Shown here: positions 25,916-38,841 of the stretch, one piece after another
Layout of the letters: each line of letters starts with the position of its first letter
Numbering within the stretch: the stretch's first letter is position 1
The notes under the pieces: model-generated
The model's input: the letters and a program-made list of their open reading frames with translations, nothing else
Told to the model about the DNA's origin: nothing
Databases searched by the model: none
NCBI GenBank assembly: GCA_951406725.2
Contig: OX597823.1
Span: 82,026,001-82,090,000, forward strand
Source: Octopus vulgaris
Taxonomy: Eukaryota
Direction of reading: 5' to 3'
DNA length: 64,000 nucleotides
Translations under genes and position numbers: made by a program

Positions 25916-28544
25916 CATAAGACAATCTGAATTTGTCTGAGGTATTCATTTAGGAAAGGATAAAATGGGAAATTATATATCTCAGCTTCTTGAAGAAAAG
26001 AAAGGGTTTCTCCTTATAATTTCCATATTTTTTGCTTTTAGTAAACGTTTACTTATATTTCAACATGGCCTCTTCACGTGGCGGTAGCAGTGAGAGACGC
26101 GAAGCACAAACGTGGAAGTAGAAGATCTTTCACAAAGGTCAGACCTAAATCTTGGTGGAATCGATAAAGCTGTATAGCATCCTGGAAAAAGGGACACAGT
26201 TTGGAATGGTGCAAGTTGGAAGCATACATGAAAGAAGTGCTGCCAAATATTGGTTTTTGAAAAATGGAGGTCAGATCGGTGAATGAGAGACAAGGCAAAA
26301 TATTCTGCTTAAACTCAAGTGATTTAGTATTTAATAGTTATAGATTATTTAATTGGAAGACGGTCAATATGATCTTATATTATTTCAATAAACTGAATAA
26401 TTCATAAGTACAATTATTATTGTTATATACGTAGTACGTTATTAATAATTACTACAATGTTAATAATATAATAAATAGAATATTGGAGTTTGTCTTCATT
26501 GTAATTGAACTAAATTCCTCTCTGGATATGTAGATTAAATGACTCTTTGGTTATTAAATATATAAAATTCTGTATAACTATAAGAAAAATGAGATTTCCA
26601 TTGTTATACATAATTACAATTGTTCTGAGTATAGACATATAGATTAAACAGACTGGAATGCATTGTAAACTTGTATGATGGTAATTAGATTGATAATACA
26701 CAAGAATTTTCGCTGAGTTTGAATCTACTGTTTGTTTACATAATAATTTTGGTGTTAATTTTTATATTTAAATATCTTTTGTAATAATAGGATTATTACA
26801 TGAAGATTTATCAGTGATGAGTTTAAAAGAATGTTTTGTTATGGATATATTAAGATAACTTAGTAAATATAAAATTTGAGACTATACATGATAATGACAA
26901 GTTATACGTCGTCAACAAATTTCTTGGCGACATGTGATCACAGAACAGGAGCTTGCTCTTGGCGCAATAATATATCGATTGCAACCATCTTCTCGAACAA
27001 AGGACACAATGCATTCTATGTACCTTTAAACATAACTGGTGCTTTGACATGGTCCTTTATCAAGTGAGATGTGACTGGAACATTGATACAGCAAGATAGT
27101 ATATAAACTTCAAATGAATAAGGAAGGCCTCTATTACGGATGCTTCTTGGTTCAGTTTTTCTCGAAGATGCAGGAAAAGGAAGTAGCATTTTCCCTGCCT
27201 CTACATCTGAAGGAGTGCATGTCTTGCATACTCACGCCCCTGAAATCATTGACTGTAAGACTCGTGAGCTGTCCTATGATGTTATAGGATGATGTGAAAA
27301 TGGCTCAGTTTAATAATGAATGCTTCTTTCCTTTGTTCATCTCCGCGTGTGAGTATATATTAAATTGAGGTTATTTTAAATGCGAGTTAAAAAACAACGA
27401 AACATTTACTGATTGGTTGATCCGACATTCAGAGTAGAATTACATTTATAAATTTCTTGGTGAGATGGACTTAACGTTTCGCTCAATAATTCAACCAGTT
27501 GAATTACTGGCTGAGCAGGCTGCTAGTCGAAACTAAGTCTAAGCCAACACAAAATTTATTACATATATATTTATACCCCATCTCATACACAGAACGACAA
27601 GACATCAGACATTACGTAAACTAACAGGGAACGCCTGAAGGTTGTACATCTGCTAGTTGTGTGTAATGTTTTTTTTGTGATGCATATGTCTTAATGAAGT
27701 CATTAGCTCGTAGAAGCCAAAATTTCGGAGCTGAATCTAAAAGCATGGAGTTGCAGTAGAACAAAAAATACTTTTAGCAAATCCGACACAACATCATGAT
27801 TTCACGCTTGAAGCTATTTCCATTCACTTACGCTTCTAATGCTTTTGAGAAATGCATGAACATCACAATACTCCGCTTTCTCTTTTTGCCGTGTCAACTT
27901 TTTAATTATTTGGGTTATGTAGATGAAGGTATATTTAATGATTATAAAAAAAAAAAAACATTAAAAAACTAAAATATTCTCAAGCAGGCAGTAAAAATGA
28001 AAAAAACAAAAGTTCGTTGATGATTAAGAATTTTTATCAGCGCCAAATACGGGAGATAATTCTAGACATATTTCGTCTATTTGGGTTCATTAGCGAAGAG
28101 TAGCTTCTTCTTAACAATCGAATTGTTAGCAATTCCTCAGTAAATTACTAACTAAATGTTAAATCGGATATTCGTTAGCGTGGAGTAAGATAAATACCGA
28201 CTAATTATATTGGTGTTCGATGCCGCCAGCATGATACACGCACTCACAGGTTGTAAAACAAGCAGTTAGCCCTCAGCCATATATAACTTTAATGCAGTTT
28301 TCCTATTTCTCTTCTGTTCTATGCAATTTAACATTTTCATTTCTAGTAAAAAATTTGTTACTGGCCAAAAGAAACTAATGCATTTACACCGCAGAGCAAG
28401 AGTTAAGCTGAATGCAAGATAAATTTGCAACTCAGTTTCGATTCTCGGCTGAAGCCATTAAGTTTTCTTTTATAGTTTATTGTCACACGAAAGAAAATTT
28501 CCAACCTCCCATAAAAATATAAGACCGTTATGCCGAGTCAAATA

Positions 28545-31131
28545 AGGTGGCGAACTGACAAAATCGTCAGCACGATTGTTTCAGCTTTTTACGTTCTGAG
28601 TTCAAATCTCGATGATGTCAATTTGCTTTTCATCCTTTCGGCTCAATAAAATAGCATACCAGTCAAGTACAGGAATCGATGTAATCGAATTGTCCCATCA
28701 CCTAAAAAATTGTTGATTTTGAACTCTGCAACAGATCGTCGTCTCTTTCGATATTGCGATCTCGCTCACTTATCTACCACAGGAACACTATAACTGGCCT
28801 TATAAGTCCTAGCTCTAAAAAAAAACCCTAATTAAATAAAACCTATGTATCTCTCGCATTTATGATAATGTACTCAGTCGTTTTACTTTTGTCAATCGAA
28901 TGTTTCACAGAAAGAAAGAGATGAAATTTGAACTCAGAGCTATAATCTTAAAATTGTGTCAATAATTCAGTAACATTAGTACGCCGGGCGAAATGCTTAG
29001 CAGTAATTTTGTCTGCCGTTACGTTCTGAGTTCAAATTCCGCCGAGGTCAACTTTGCCTTTCATCCTTTCGGAGTCGATAAATTAAGTACCAGTTACGCA
29101 CTGGGGTCGATATAATCGACTTAATCCGTTTGTCTGTCCTTGTTTGTCCCCTCTGTGTTGAGCCCCTTGTGGGTAGTAAAGAAATAAGTATTTCTTCTGT
29201 CTTTACGTTCCGAGTTCAAATTCCGCCGAAGTCGACTTTGCCTTTAGTCCTTTCGGGATCGATAAAATAAGTACCAGTTGAGCACTGGAGTGGGGGATGG
29301 GGTTCTCTGAACTTGCTGGCCTTGTGTTAAAATTTGAAATCATTATTTCGTTCAGTCCTTAAGTCGGAGGACTGGCAGAATCATTAGCACGTAGGACAAA
29401 TTTCTTAGCAGCATTTCGTCTGTCTTAACGTTCTCGTTTAAAATTCCGCCGAGGTCCATTTTGCCTTTCATCTTTTCGGTGTCGATAAAATATGTATCGG
29501 CGGGATTGAACATGAAACCACGTCGTTACCAAGCAAACGTTTTTAACTACGCAGCCCCACGTCTGCGCCTACAAGAATAAGACAAATAAAATCTACACAC
29601 TAAGATTGAAACACAAAAAAAAAGACAAAAGAAAAAGCGCAACAAAAATACAAAAACCAACAAACTACGTTGAGTCGATATATATGGAGCGTTGGCAACG
29701 AGTTAAAACACATTGAAGAGATAAGATCTATAAAAGAAAAAGGAATTTTTTTATATGATTGTATAGAAATTACTTTTGCTGGGAAGAAAATGTAGTTTTC
29801 ATTTCCAATGCTATGATTAGTTACACGTTTGACAGTATGGTCAGTGCTAAGTAGGCCAGTTCAGTAGTTAACTCTTTTCTTCAGTAAAAGTCAAGTGCAA
29901 ATTACTCCAGGTTATCATATAGAAATGTCGTCTTTATGTATTAATTTAATACTTCATATCTGTCTCACGCACACACTTACACACATACAATCGCTATTTG
30001 TTAACTATAAGGCGGCGAGCTGGTAGAAACGTTAGCAATCCGGGCGAAATGCTTAGCGGGATTTCGTCTGTCTTTTTGTTCTGAGTTCAAATTCCGCCGC
30101 AGTCGACTTTGCCTTTCATCCTTTCGGGGTCGATAAATTAAGTACCAGTTACGCACTGGGGTCGATGTAATCAACTTAATCCCTTTGTCTGCCCTTGTTT
30201 GTCTCCTCTATATTTAGCCCCTTGTGGGCAATAAAGAAATAAGAAACGTTAGCACGCCTGGCGAAATGCTTAGGGGGATTTCGCCTATCTTTACCTTCTG
30301 AGTTCAAATTCCGCCAAGGTCGACTTTGCTTTTCATCCTTTCGAGGTCAGTACTAGTATCGTACTGGGGTCGATCTAATCGACTGGCCCCCTCCGCAAAA
30401 TTTACACCCATCACGGAATTTGGCTAGTCCTTTATTTTATCCGCCTCGGAACGATAAAAAGCAAAGACAACCTTCACGGAATTTGAACCTAAAACGGAAA
30501 GAGTCGGAAAAAATGTCGTTAAACATTTTGTCCGACATTCTAACGATTCTGCCAGCTCGCCGCAATCATGCTCACATTCGTATTGAAAATCGAGATATTT
30601 TAGATATTAGGAGCTACACTGCGCCAATACCTTATCAAAATATCATTATTAACGCCGGCAAGGTAGCGAGCTGGCGTAATTGTTGGCATACCGGACAAAA
30701 TACCGTTAAGCATTTCGTCCGTCTTCACGTTCTGAGTTCAAATTCTACCAAGGTCGACTTTGCCTTTCATCCTTTCGGAGTCGGCAAAATAGCAACTTGT
30801 TGAGTACTGGGGGTCGACGTAATCGACTTACACCCTTTACAAACTTGCTGGCCTAGTGCCAGAATTTGAAACCATTTTTAACGCCACCAGTAACAATACC
30901 TATTTCTTTACTACCCACAAGGGGCTAAACACAGAAGGGACAAACAAGGACAGACAAACGGATTAAGTCGATTGCATCGACTCCAGTGCGTAACTGGTAC
31001 TTAATTTATCGACCCCGAGAGGATGAAAGGCAAAGTCGACCTCGGTGGAATTTGAACCCAGAACGTAACGGCAGACGAAATACGGCTAAGCATTTCGCCC
31101 GGCGTGCTAACGGTTCTGCCAGCTCGCCGCC
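28545..31131. mobile_element. Cluster of family C SINEs (tandem/composite copies on +, copy 30900-31131 on -)
   Basis: Core repeated at about 28545, 28975, 29190, 29370, 30010, 30240, 30655 (+) and 30900-31131 (-). Confidence 0.85.
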
Positions 31132-33232
31132 TTGACACACACATAGAATCATAGCTTACGTAATATACAAAAGAAAACCCAGCTTGAGATAATTTGTAAC
31201 TTCCGAATTCAAACAATGGAGTGTTACATTTAGCGAGACAAGAGTTGATAGCAATCTTAATACACGATGACATCTGAAGTGGAAAAGTTCACTGCAGCAA
31301 GAAAAAAATAAAAGGCTAGCAAAAATAAAGAAAAATAAAATAGAACTTTCAAACAATTGTGTTAGTAGTTTGACCTTTAACTGGTTTTATTTAATTTTAT
31401 GTAAATCAACTGCATCAAGCAGTCGTTTACCAAATTTTAGTTTTTTGTCATCTGCACGAAGTAGTCACGTACAAGGTATGTCAGAGTCAGCAGTTTCCAG
31501 TTTTCGTTTTGGCAATAAAAATTTCAGTTTGAATAATTAAGTAAATAAATATGTAAATAAAGAATAAATAGGCTGAAAATTCTACATCTGGTGGAAACTG
31601 AATTAAAATTCAGAAAGAAATATTCCTTTATATATTTGATAAAAGTTTTGTTTTTTTAGCTGGAAAATCAATGGAATGTGTGTGTCTTGTTGTGGCTACC
31701 TACACTTAAAAAAAAGTGGGGTGGATTATGCCTGGGTATATATATAAAAAATATTTGATAAAAAAACACTCTCAATCTCACTTCGTCTCCATCGCAGGAT
31801 TCTTTTCTTTATTGCCCATAAAGGGCCAACATAGAGGGGAATAATACAACATGATATGGGAGTCATGTACATCGAATGGGATTACAAAATTTTATATAAA
31901 AATGATTATAAAAACGGATGAAATACAAATTACAAAACAAACACTAAAAGGACAATATGAGGTTGAAAAAACAAGTGTGCTCCGACCCTACGAGCCTTGT
32001 CTTTTTAACCGACACCTTTTAGAAGTCCTTACAGCGTGTTCACTCACCATCGCAGGATTACACATAGACACAGACATATATGTAGGTACAAGGCCTGAAA
32101 TTTTTGTGGAGAAGTGGGTGGGTTAGTCGATTACATAGACTCATCCCCCCAGTGCTCAACTGGTACTTATTTTATCGCTCCCAAAAGGGCAAAAGGCAAA
32201 GCGACCTCGACGGAATTTGAACTCAGAATGTAAAGTCGGAAAAAATGCCGTGAAGCATTGTGTCCTCCGTGTTAACGGTTCTGTCAGCTCGCCGTCTCTC
32301 TCTCTCTCTCTCACACACTATTTCTTTATTTCTCTCTCTCTCACACACACACACGTATATACACATATTCTTTAGAATATGAGATGTGGGTCCTTCTAAG
32401 TAGTAATTTGATCTGCTAGAAATAGCAGTGAAATCTCCCAGTAAATCATCATACTGTGTTTGAAAAATAAAAATAGTAACAAAAAACAAGGCCAGACTGT
32501 ACAAAATTGTCTCAATATTAATAAAAACTGAAATGGTTACAAATGGATTGCTCATGACCATAGGTATACTCAATTAGGTTTGACCCAATGGCATAGCCAG
32601 GAGTTATGTTGTCTGGGGCAACCCTGGAGTTTTCTCCCCGCCACCCACTCGATAACGCAACCTATAAGCTTATACAATGGAACTCAAAAATGTCGACCTC
32701 ATAAGAGAGTCACCCCCACAGATTCCCCCTTGACGTCTAGCTACACTGGTAGGTTGACCTCAGTAAATAACAACAATAACAGTTCTTTATGGACCATAAA
32801 CATTTATCGTTGAGCTGGACTTCGCCTCTCGTACTTTCATGGGTGATAAAAGCTCAATAAGACGAGTATTATGCACATACCAGTGTTGGTTCAATCGCTC
32901 ACACCTTTCTCTTTACTTCGCTGCGGTTATTTACAAATGCAATAAATCACTCTTATCTACAAGTTTTTATGAACAGAAATATAGAAAATAAAGAAAGGTG
33001 CAAAGTAATTAATTGAACTCTATAAAACAGAAACAGACGAGAGTTCAATTTTTTTTAGGTTGTAATATTTTATTCAAGAGAATGATTTTTATTAGGAACA
33101 AAACTATCTGGAATTTTACCAAGAAAAAGATTACAAAGAAAAGAAACAAAAATCTTCTAAGAAACAACAAGCAACTTTCAAGCCAGCCCCTACTGTCGAA
33201 AGAAAGGACACATTAAACAAATAAGTCCAACC

Positions 33233-33578
33233 TCTATATATATAAAGCTGAAGTTGTGTGTATGGCAGGTTTGGCAGTCTTCAACTAACACTATCTCCTC
33301 CGAGACCCTGCGGCACAAGTTGACCAAAATTGAAAGTTTGGTCAAATCGGACCATGTTAACGACAAAAATTATTAACATCAAAAAGGTGCTTTTTTCTAT
33401 GAAAATCCATATTTTTTACGATTTTTTGACTGCTGTGTCGCCATTTTTCGGTGTATTTCAACCAAAAAAATATTCACTTAAAGAGAATACAGCTACATAA
33501 TGCAAAATTTTTACTTTTCAAAATTTCCAATTCTAAAGGATCGAAACAAACCCGAGCAACGCCGGGCGATACTGCTAG
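33233..33578 (+). mobile_element. Non-autonomous Helitron
   Basis: 5' TC(TA)n start, subterminal hairpin CCCGAGCAACGCCGGG, 3' CTAG followed by T, no TSD. Confidence 0.75.
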
Positions 33579-33598
33579 TATATATTATAGGTGAAAAC

Positions 33599-33638
<40 letters not shown>

Positions 33639-35649
33639 GAGGACAAGATGATCACTGGATAGAATACATTTAATCTTAGGTGTGCTTTAGGCAGAGAACT
33701 GGCAGAATCGTTAGTACGCCGGGAGAAATGCTTGGCGGCATTTCGTCCGTCATTACGTTTCTGATTTCAAATTTCGCCAAGGTCGATTTTCTCTTCCATC
33801 CTTTCGGGGTCGTCGGCAAAATAAGATAAAATGGGTACTGAGGTCGATGAAATCGACTTAGATTGCTAGCCTTGTGCTAAAATTTGAAACCAATCATAGG
33901 TCAGTTTAATTAAGACTGAATTAGAGTGAAACAGTAACAATACTCCGACTATGTCTTGAGTCAGCGGACCTATGATTAAAGGCATTCCAGACGTTACCAT
34001 TACACCCTTGTTTTTCAGGTGTAGTGTGTCAAGGACTACATTATCAAATACGTCCCGTACTATTTTTAAAGCATGTGTGATATGTAAGCGATTTGATAGC
34101 TATTTCAAGCAGTTCAAGCGAACTCGTAGAAGCTTGTCTTCCGTTGGCTTGCCATATTAACTATAGGCCACAATGCATCAGTGTTGTGACCTGGTGTCAC
34201 TAAATGTTTTGTGTCTTCAATAATCAAACACCTTCATCCAAATGACACATCCGGGCTTTATCAATTTCCTGTTTGCGTCCAGGTGACACTATTCCACTTA
34301 GCACAACCCCAGCCTTGGCTTTCCTCTCGTGATCTAAAGTCGCTTTGAAGCAATTTTGCTGTTCCAGTGGTAAACTTGATGGCTCTTCATCTACTGGCAC
34401 TAGTGATGTATATTATATACATGACCTACGGAGGAACTGGCCCGCGAATTCTCAGCATTCTATCTCAATCTTTATGGTGATTGTAAGAAGGGTGATAGTG
34501 TGTCATAAATGGTAGCATGTTTTGCAGTTTGTAATTATGCTTTGAATCCAAATCTCGCCGGGACTACTTTGTCATTCATCTTTCTGTACTCAATAAAGTT
34601 AATGGAATCCCTCAGTCGACTGCGCACCTTTTTTTTTTTACAAATGAGTGATCTTGTGATATTGAAGTGCTGGTTAGTAGAAAAGGTGGATCTCTGTACT
34701 AAATATGCTGCTGCATTTACCCGCGACCCTTTATTCTGTGTCAAATCCTGCTGAGATCGTCTTCGACTTTGCGACTTAGCGTCTCTTCATAAAAAAAATA
34801 AATAAAATGAAAATTATGTACCTTGAAGAGAACACTGGACAAAATGCTTAGCGGCATTTTGTCCGTCTTTACATTCTAAGTTTAAATGACACCGAAGAAA
34901 TCGAGTTTGCCTTTCATCTTTGAGCACCAGTTGAACACTGCAGTCGAAGTAATCAACTTATAATCCCACCCCTAAAGTTCTTGGCCCTCTGTCAAAATTT
35001 TAAACCAGTATGTAACTGGAAGGAATCAGCTTTTTGTCAGTGTAATAAATCATAATTTTACTTGTTTTTAAGCCCTTTCTTAAGTTCACCTGGTTTCTCG
35101 CCTTGTTATAAGTGTCACTGACATTGATGTGAGGCTAACGATTTGCTACGAAATAGTCGGCTTCCTGTTCGAACCTGTTGTGCAGCAAGTTGACCAGTTT
35201 TTAGTTATGCTACAGTCTTGAGAGTAAAATTGGGTTGACAAGAACTATACGGAAGTATAGATTTCGTGTACCATTCTTGAATGATAGACTTAGTTCGTCA
35301 GCCAGTTTTGTTTCACCACCTGACCGTTTCTAGAAAGCAACGAAATCCACTCTGTTGTAAGCTTTCGAACATACCTGAAAATAACCCATGAGTCATAGTT
35401 TCCTTGGGGGCTCTACTTTTCTTCTATAATTTTGGAGACTCAAAAGATCATGAATGTTACCTTTCCACTTCCAATTAAGTCATAAATCTGTCAAAAATAA
35501 AATTTCTGGTTCAAATTGCATATTAAACATTAGTATCATATTTATAAACTAGTTCGGGAAACTTTGCCGACAATGATGTATATAACAATTACCTTAATAC
35601 TCTAGTGATATAAATATTTGTATCCTATTTCGAGGATGATTTTATTAGT

Positions 35650-35757
<108 letters not shown>

Positions 35758-36456
35758 ATTATGTTCAATCTTAAACCTCAATTAAAGCATTTAAGAAGAT
35801 TAAGCAGAAGTTGTGGCTTCGTGTGTAATAATATTTAGTTCGGTAATACAAGTCAATAATTTTCTTAAAGTATTATCGTATTCAAAATATTGCTAATTTC
35901 TATTCTCTGAAATAACAATTAACTTACATTAACACTAAACAAGGGAATTGATAATTATCTGAGAATATCAGTACATGGTGGTTACTTAATTAAGCACATA
36001 TTGTTAAGATTTATGAGAAGCAGAAACGAAGATTCGCAACTGCCATATTTGTGGTATAGCGTCAGTAAAGAGGCAGTTCATTTCACGTACATCATTGATG
36101 TTTGTTTTTTTGATTATCACTGGTTTTCGGAACGTTGGGCCAACGAATACTCGTCATTTCACAGCAGCGTGTTCCTCTTGTCTTGCATTACCTTTTTACA
36201 ACCAAGTAAACTAGGCCATTTGGCGAAAGCGCGTGACCTAGGGGGTTGGATGTTGCACTCACGATTGTAACATTGTTGTTTCGACTTCCGGACAGGGTGG
36301 TGTCTTGTGTTCTTGAGCAAAACGCTTCGTTTCACGTTGCCCCGATTCACTCGTCGTGTGATTGACTTTACAACTATTGCTTGGACGTCGATCCTACGAC
36401 AGACCTGCCAGGAGAAGGGTGTTGTGATATCAGTTACTTATAAGGCGGCGAGCTGG

Positions 36457-36820
36457 GGATCTTTTCTTTTTGAAAGCCAGATTTCCTAGTTAACTAAACA
36501 ATTTGAAACTTCGTATACTGGTAGAATGTGTCAAAAGAAAACATAATTGTAAACCAAAATGAAAACGGAATTGTAATTTCTAAGTTTAACGTTATTTAAA
36601 AATTCGAATTTTAACCAATGATATTCTTTCTTTCGGCCTCATATTATTTACTGCTTCTCAAAATATTGTTACTGTGACGTAAACAGTTATTTTGTGACGT
36701 AGTTAACGTAAACATGTAAATAGCTAAAATGTAAACATCTCCGCTTATCGTAAACTTCGTGGAGTATATATAAAATTTGTGTAGATCCTAAATAGCTACA
36801 CACACATGTATACAAACATA

Positions 36821-36873
<53 letters not shown>

Positions 36874-37541
36874 CTATACACACATATTCTAATGCATATG
36901 CATATATGTGTATATATTTATAATGTGTGTGTATTATAGATGCATACATTATATATATAAAAGATGTTTACATACAATATATATATATGTTATATACATC
37001 TACATGTATATGTATGTATGAATATATAAGTACCACAGAATTTGAATCAAACTGTTTTGATCCATACATACACACACACACACCAACACTACCATCCATG
37101 AGACATCCTAACATAATCAATGCTACTACTACTATCATCATCATTATCATCATCATCCACTGCCGCCACCACCACCACCACCTCTACAAAAACACCAACA
37201 CTATAATTGCTGCCATCATACACATCCACTGTCACCACTACCACCGCTGCCATGATAACCACATCTACCACAGCTGTTTGCTTACTGCTTACCCACTCAC
37301 AAAATAGCTATCTACGTCACATTAACACTATGCAGCTAATAATTTCAAATGAAAACAGACAATACGATTGGTTAAAATTCGCAGATTTAAACTACGTTTA
37401 AACTTATAAAATACATTTTTGTCAAAAAAACTAGTTGAAATTATTGTTTTCTTTTGACACATTCTACCAGTATACGAAGTTTCAAATTATTTAGTTAACT
37501 AGAAAAATCTGAAAAATCTGGCTTTCAAAAAGAAAAGATCC
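36457..37541. mobile_element. Non-autonomous TIR DNA transposon (Merlin-like) inserted in a SINE head
   Basis: TIRs of about 90 bp or more, GGATCTTTTCTTTTTGAAAGCCAGATTT...TTCGTATACTGGTAGAATGTGTCAAAAGAAAACA. TSD CGAGCTGG at 36449-36456 and 37542-37549 (or 6-bp GAGCTG if the ends are GGG/CCC). Confidence 0.8.
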
Positions 37542-38165
37542 CGAGCTGGCAGAATCGTTAGCACGCCGGGCGAAATGCTTAGCGGGATTTCGTCTGTCGC
37601 TACGTTCGGAGTTCAAATTCCGCCGAGGTCGACTTTGCATTTCATCCTTTCGGGTTCGATTAAATAAGTGCCAGTTAGGCACTGGGGTCGATGTAATCGA
37701 CTTAATCCGTTTGTCTGTCCTTGTTTGTACCCTCTGTGTTTAGACCCTTGTGGGTAGTAAAGAAATAAGAAACGTCAGCACGCAGGGCGAAATGTTTAGC
37801 AGTATTTCGTCTGTCTTTACGTTCTGAGTTCAAATTCCGCCGAGGTCAACTTTGCCTTTTCATCCTTTCGGGGTCGATAAATTAAGTACCAGCTGCGTAC
37901 TGGAGTCGATCTAATCGACTGAACCCCTCCTCTAAAATTTTGGGCCTTGTGCCTAGAGCACAAAAGAACCGTTAGCACATTGGTGAAAATGTTTATCGGC
38001 ATTTCGTCCGGTGTTAACGTTTTGAGTTAAAATTTTTCCGTGGTTGACTTTGCTTTCCCCCCTTTGAGGGTCTATAAAACAAGTATCAGTCAAGTACTGG
38101 AGTCGATTTAATCGACCTCCAGCTCCCTTAAAAGCTGCTGACCCTGTGCCTAAATTGGAAACCAT
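37542..38165 (+). mobile_element. Composite family C SINE array (three cores); its head lies at 36443-36456
   Basis: Cores at about 37550, 37770 and 37970 with different tails. Confidence 0.85.
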
Positions 38166-38628
38166 TTTAGTCCATTTCGGTGGGATTTGACCAAGAAAAG
38201 AAAGTAAAGTGAATGGAACATAAAATAATAATTTCTATCACGGCGACAAAGGTCACGATTATATTTTGAGGGAGGCATTAGTCGATTAAATCGCTTCACT
38301 ACTTGACGGGTAATTTATTTAGTGGATCTCGGATGGATTAAAGGCAAAAATTGATTCGTTGAGATTTTAATTTAGAACGTAGAGAATTGGAAAAATATCT
38401 CAAGAATTTTTTCTAACGTTCTAAAGATTCTGCCGTAAACTAAGCTTACTTAGGATGAAATTATAGTTTCTTATACAGATACAAGGTCACAGACATTTTT
38501 GAAGAAGGAGTGTTGATCGGTCAGAGAAAGATGAAAGCAGTCGAGTTGATCGGTGATTTAAGAATGAAAGTAAAGTTGAAATTTGAGCTAAGACCATCAG
38601 AGGAAGTACATAAAAGACAGAATATAAC

Positions 38629-38841
38629 GGTTTCAAATTTTGTCACAAGGCCAGCAAGTTTGCGGGAGGAGTAAGTCGATTACATCGACCGTAATACTCA
38701 ATTGGTACTTATTTTATTGACTCCGAAAGGATGAAAGGCAAAGTCAACCTCAGCGGAATTTGAACTCTGAACGTAGAGCCGGACGAAATGCCACTAAGCA
38801 TTTTGTCTGGTGTGCTAACGATTCTTTCAACTCGCTGCCTT
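38629..38841 (-). mobile_element. Family C SINE
   Basis: Reverse-complement core with GGTTTCAAATTTTG.CACAAGGCCAGCAAG tail type. Confidence 0.8.

Noticed and set aside
26876-27350. Coding-looking unique segment ending at GTGAGT
   Set aside because: Stops in the frames I examined and no recognisable domain.
28045-28100. Minus-strand CTAATGA...GAAATATGTC motif
   Set aside because: Stems I and II do not pair; too degenerate.
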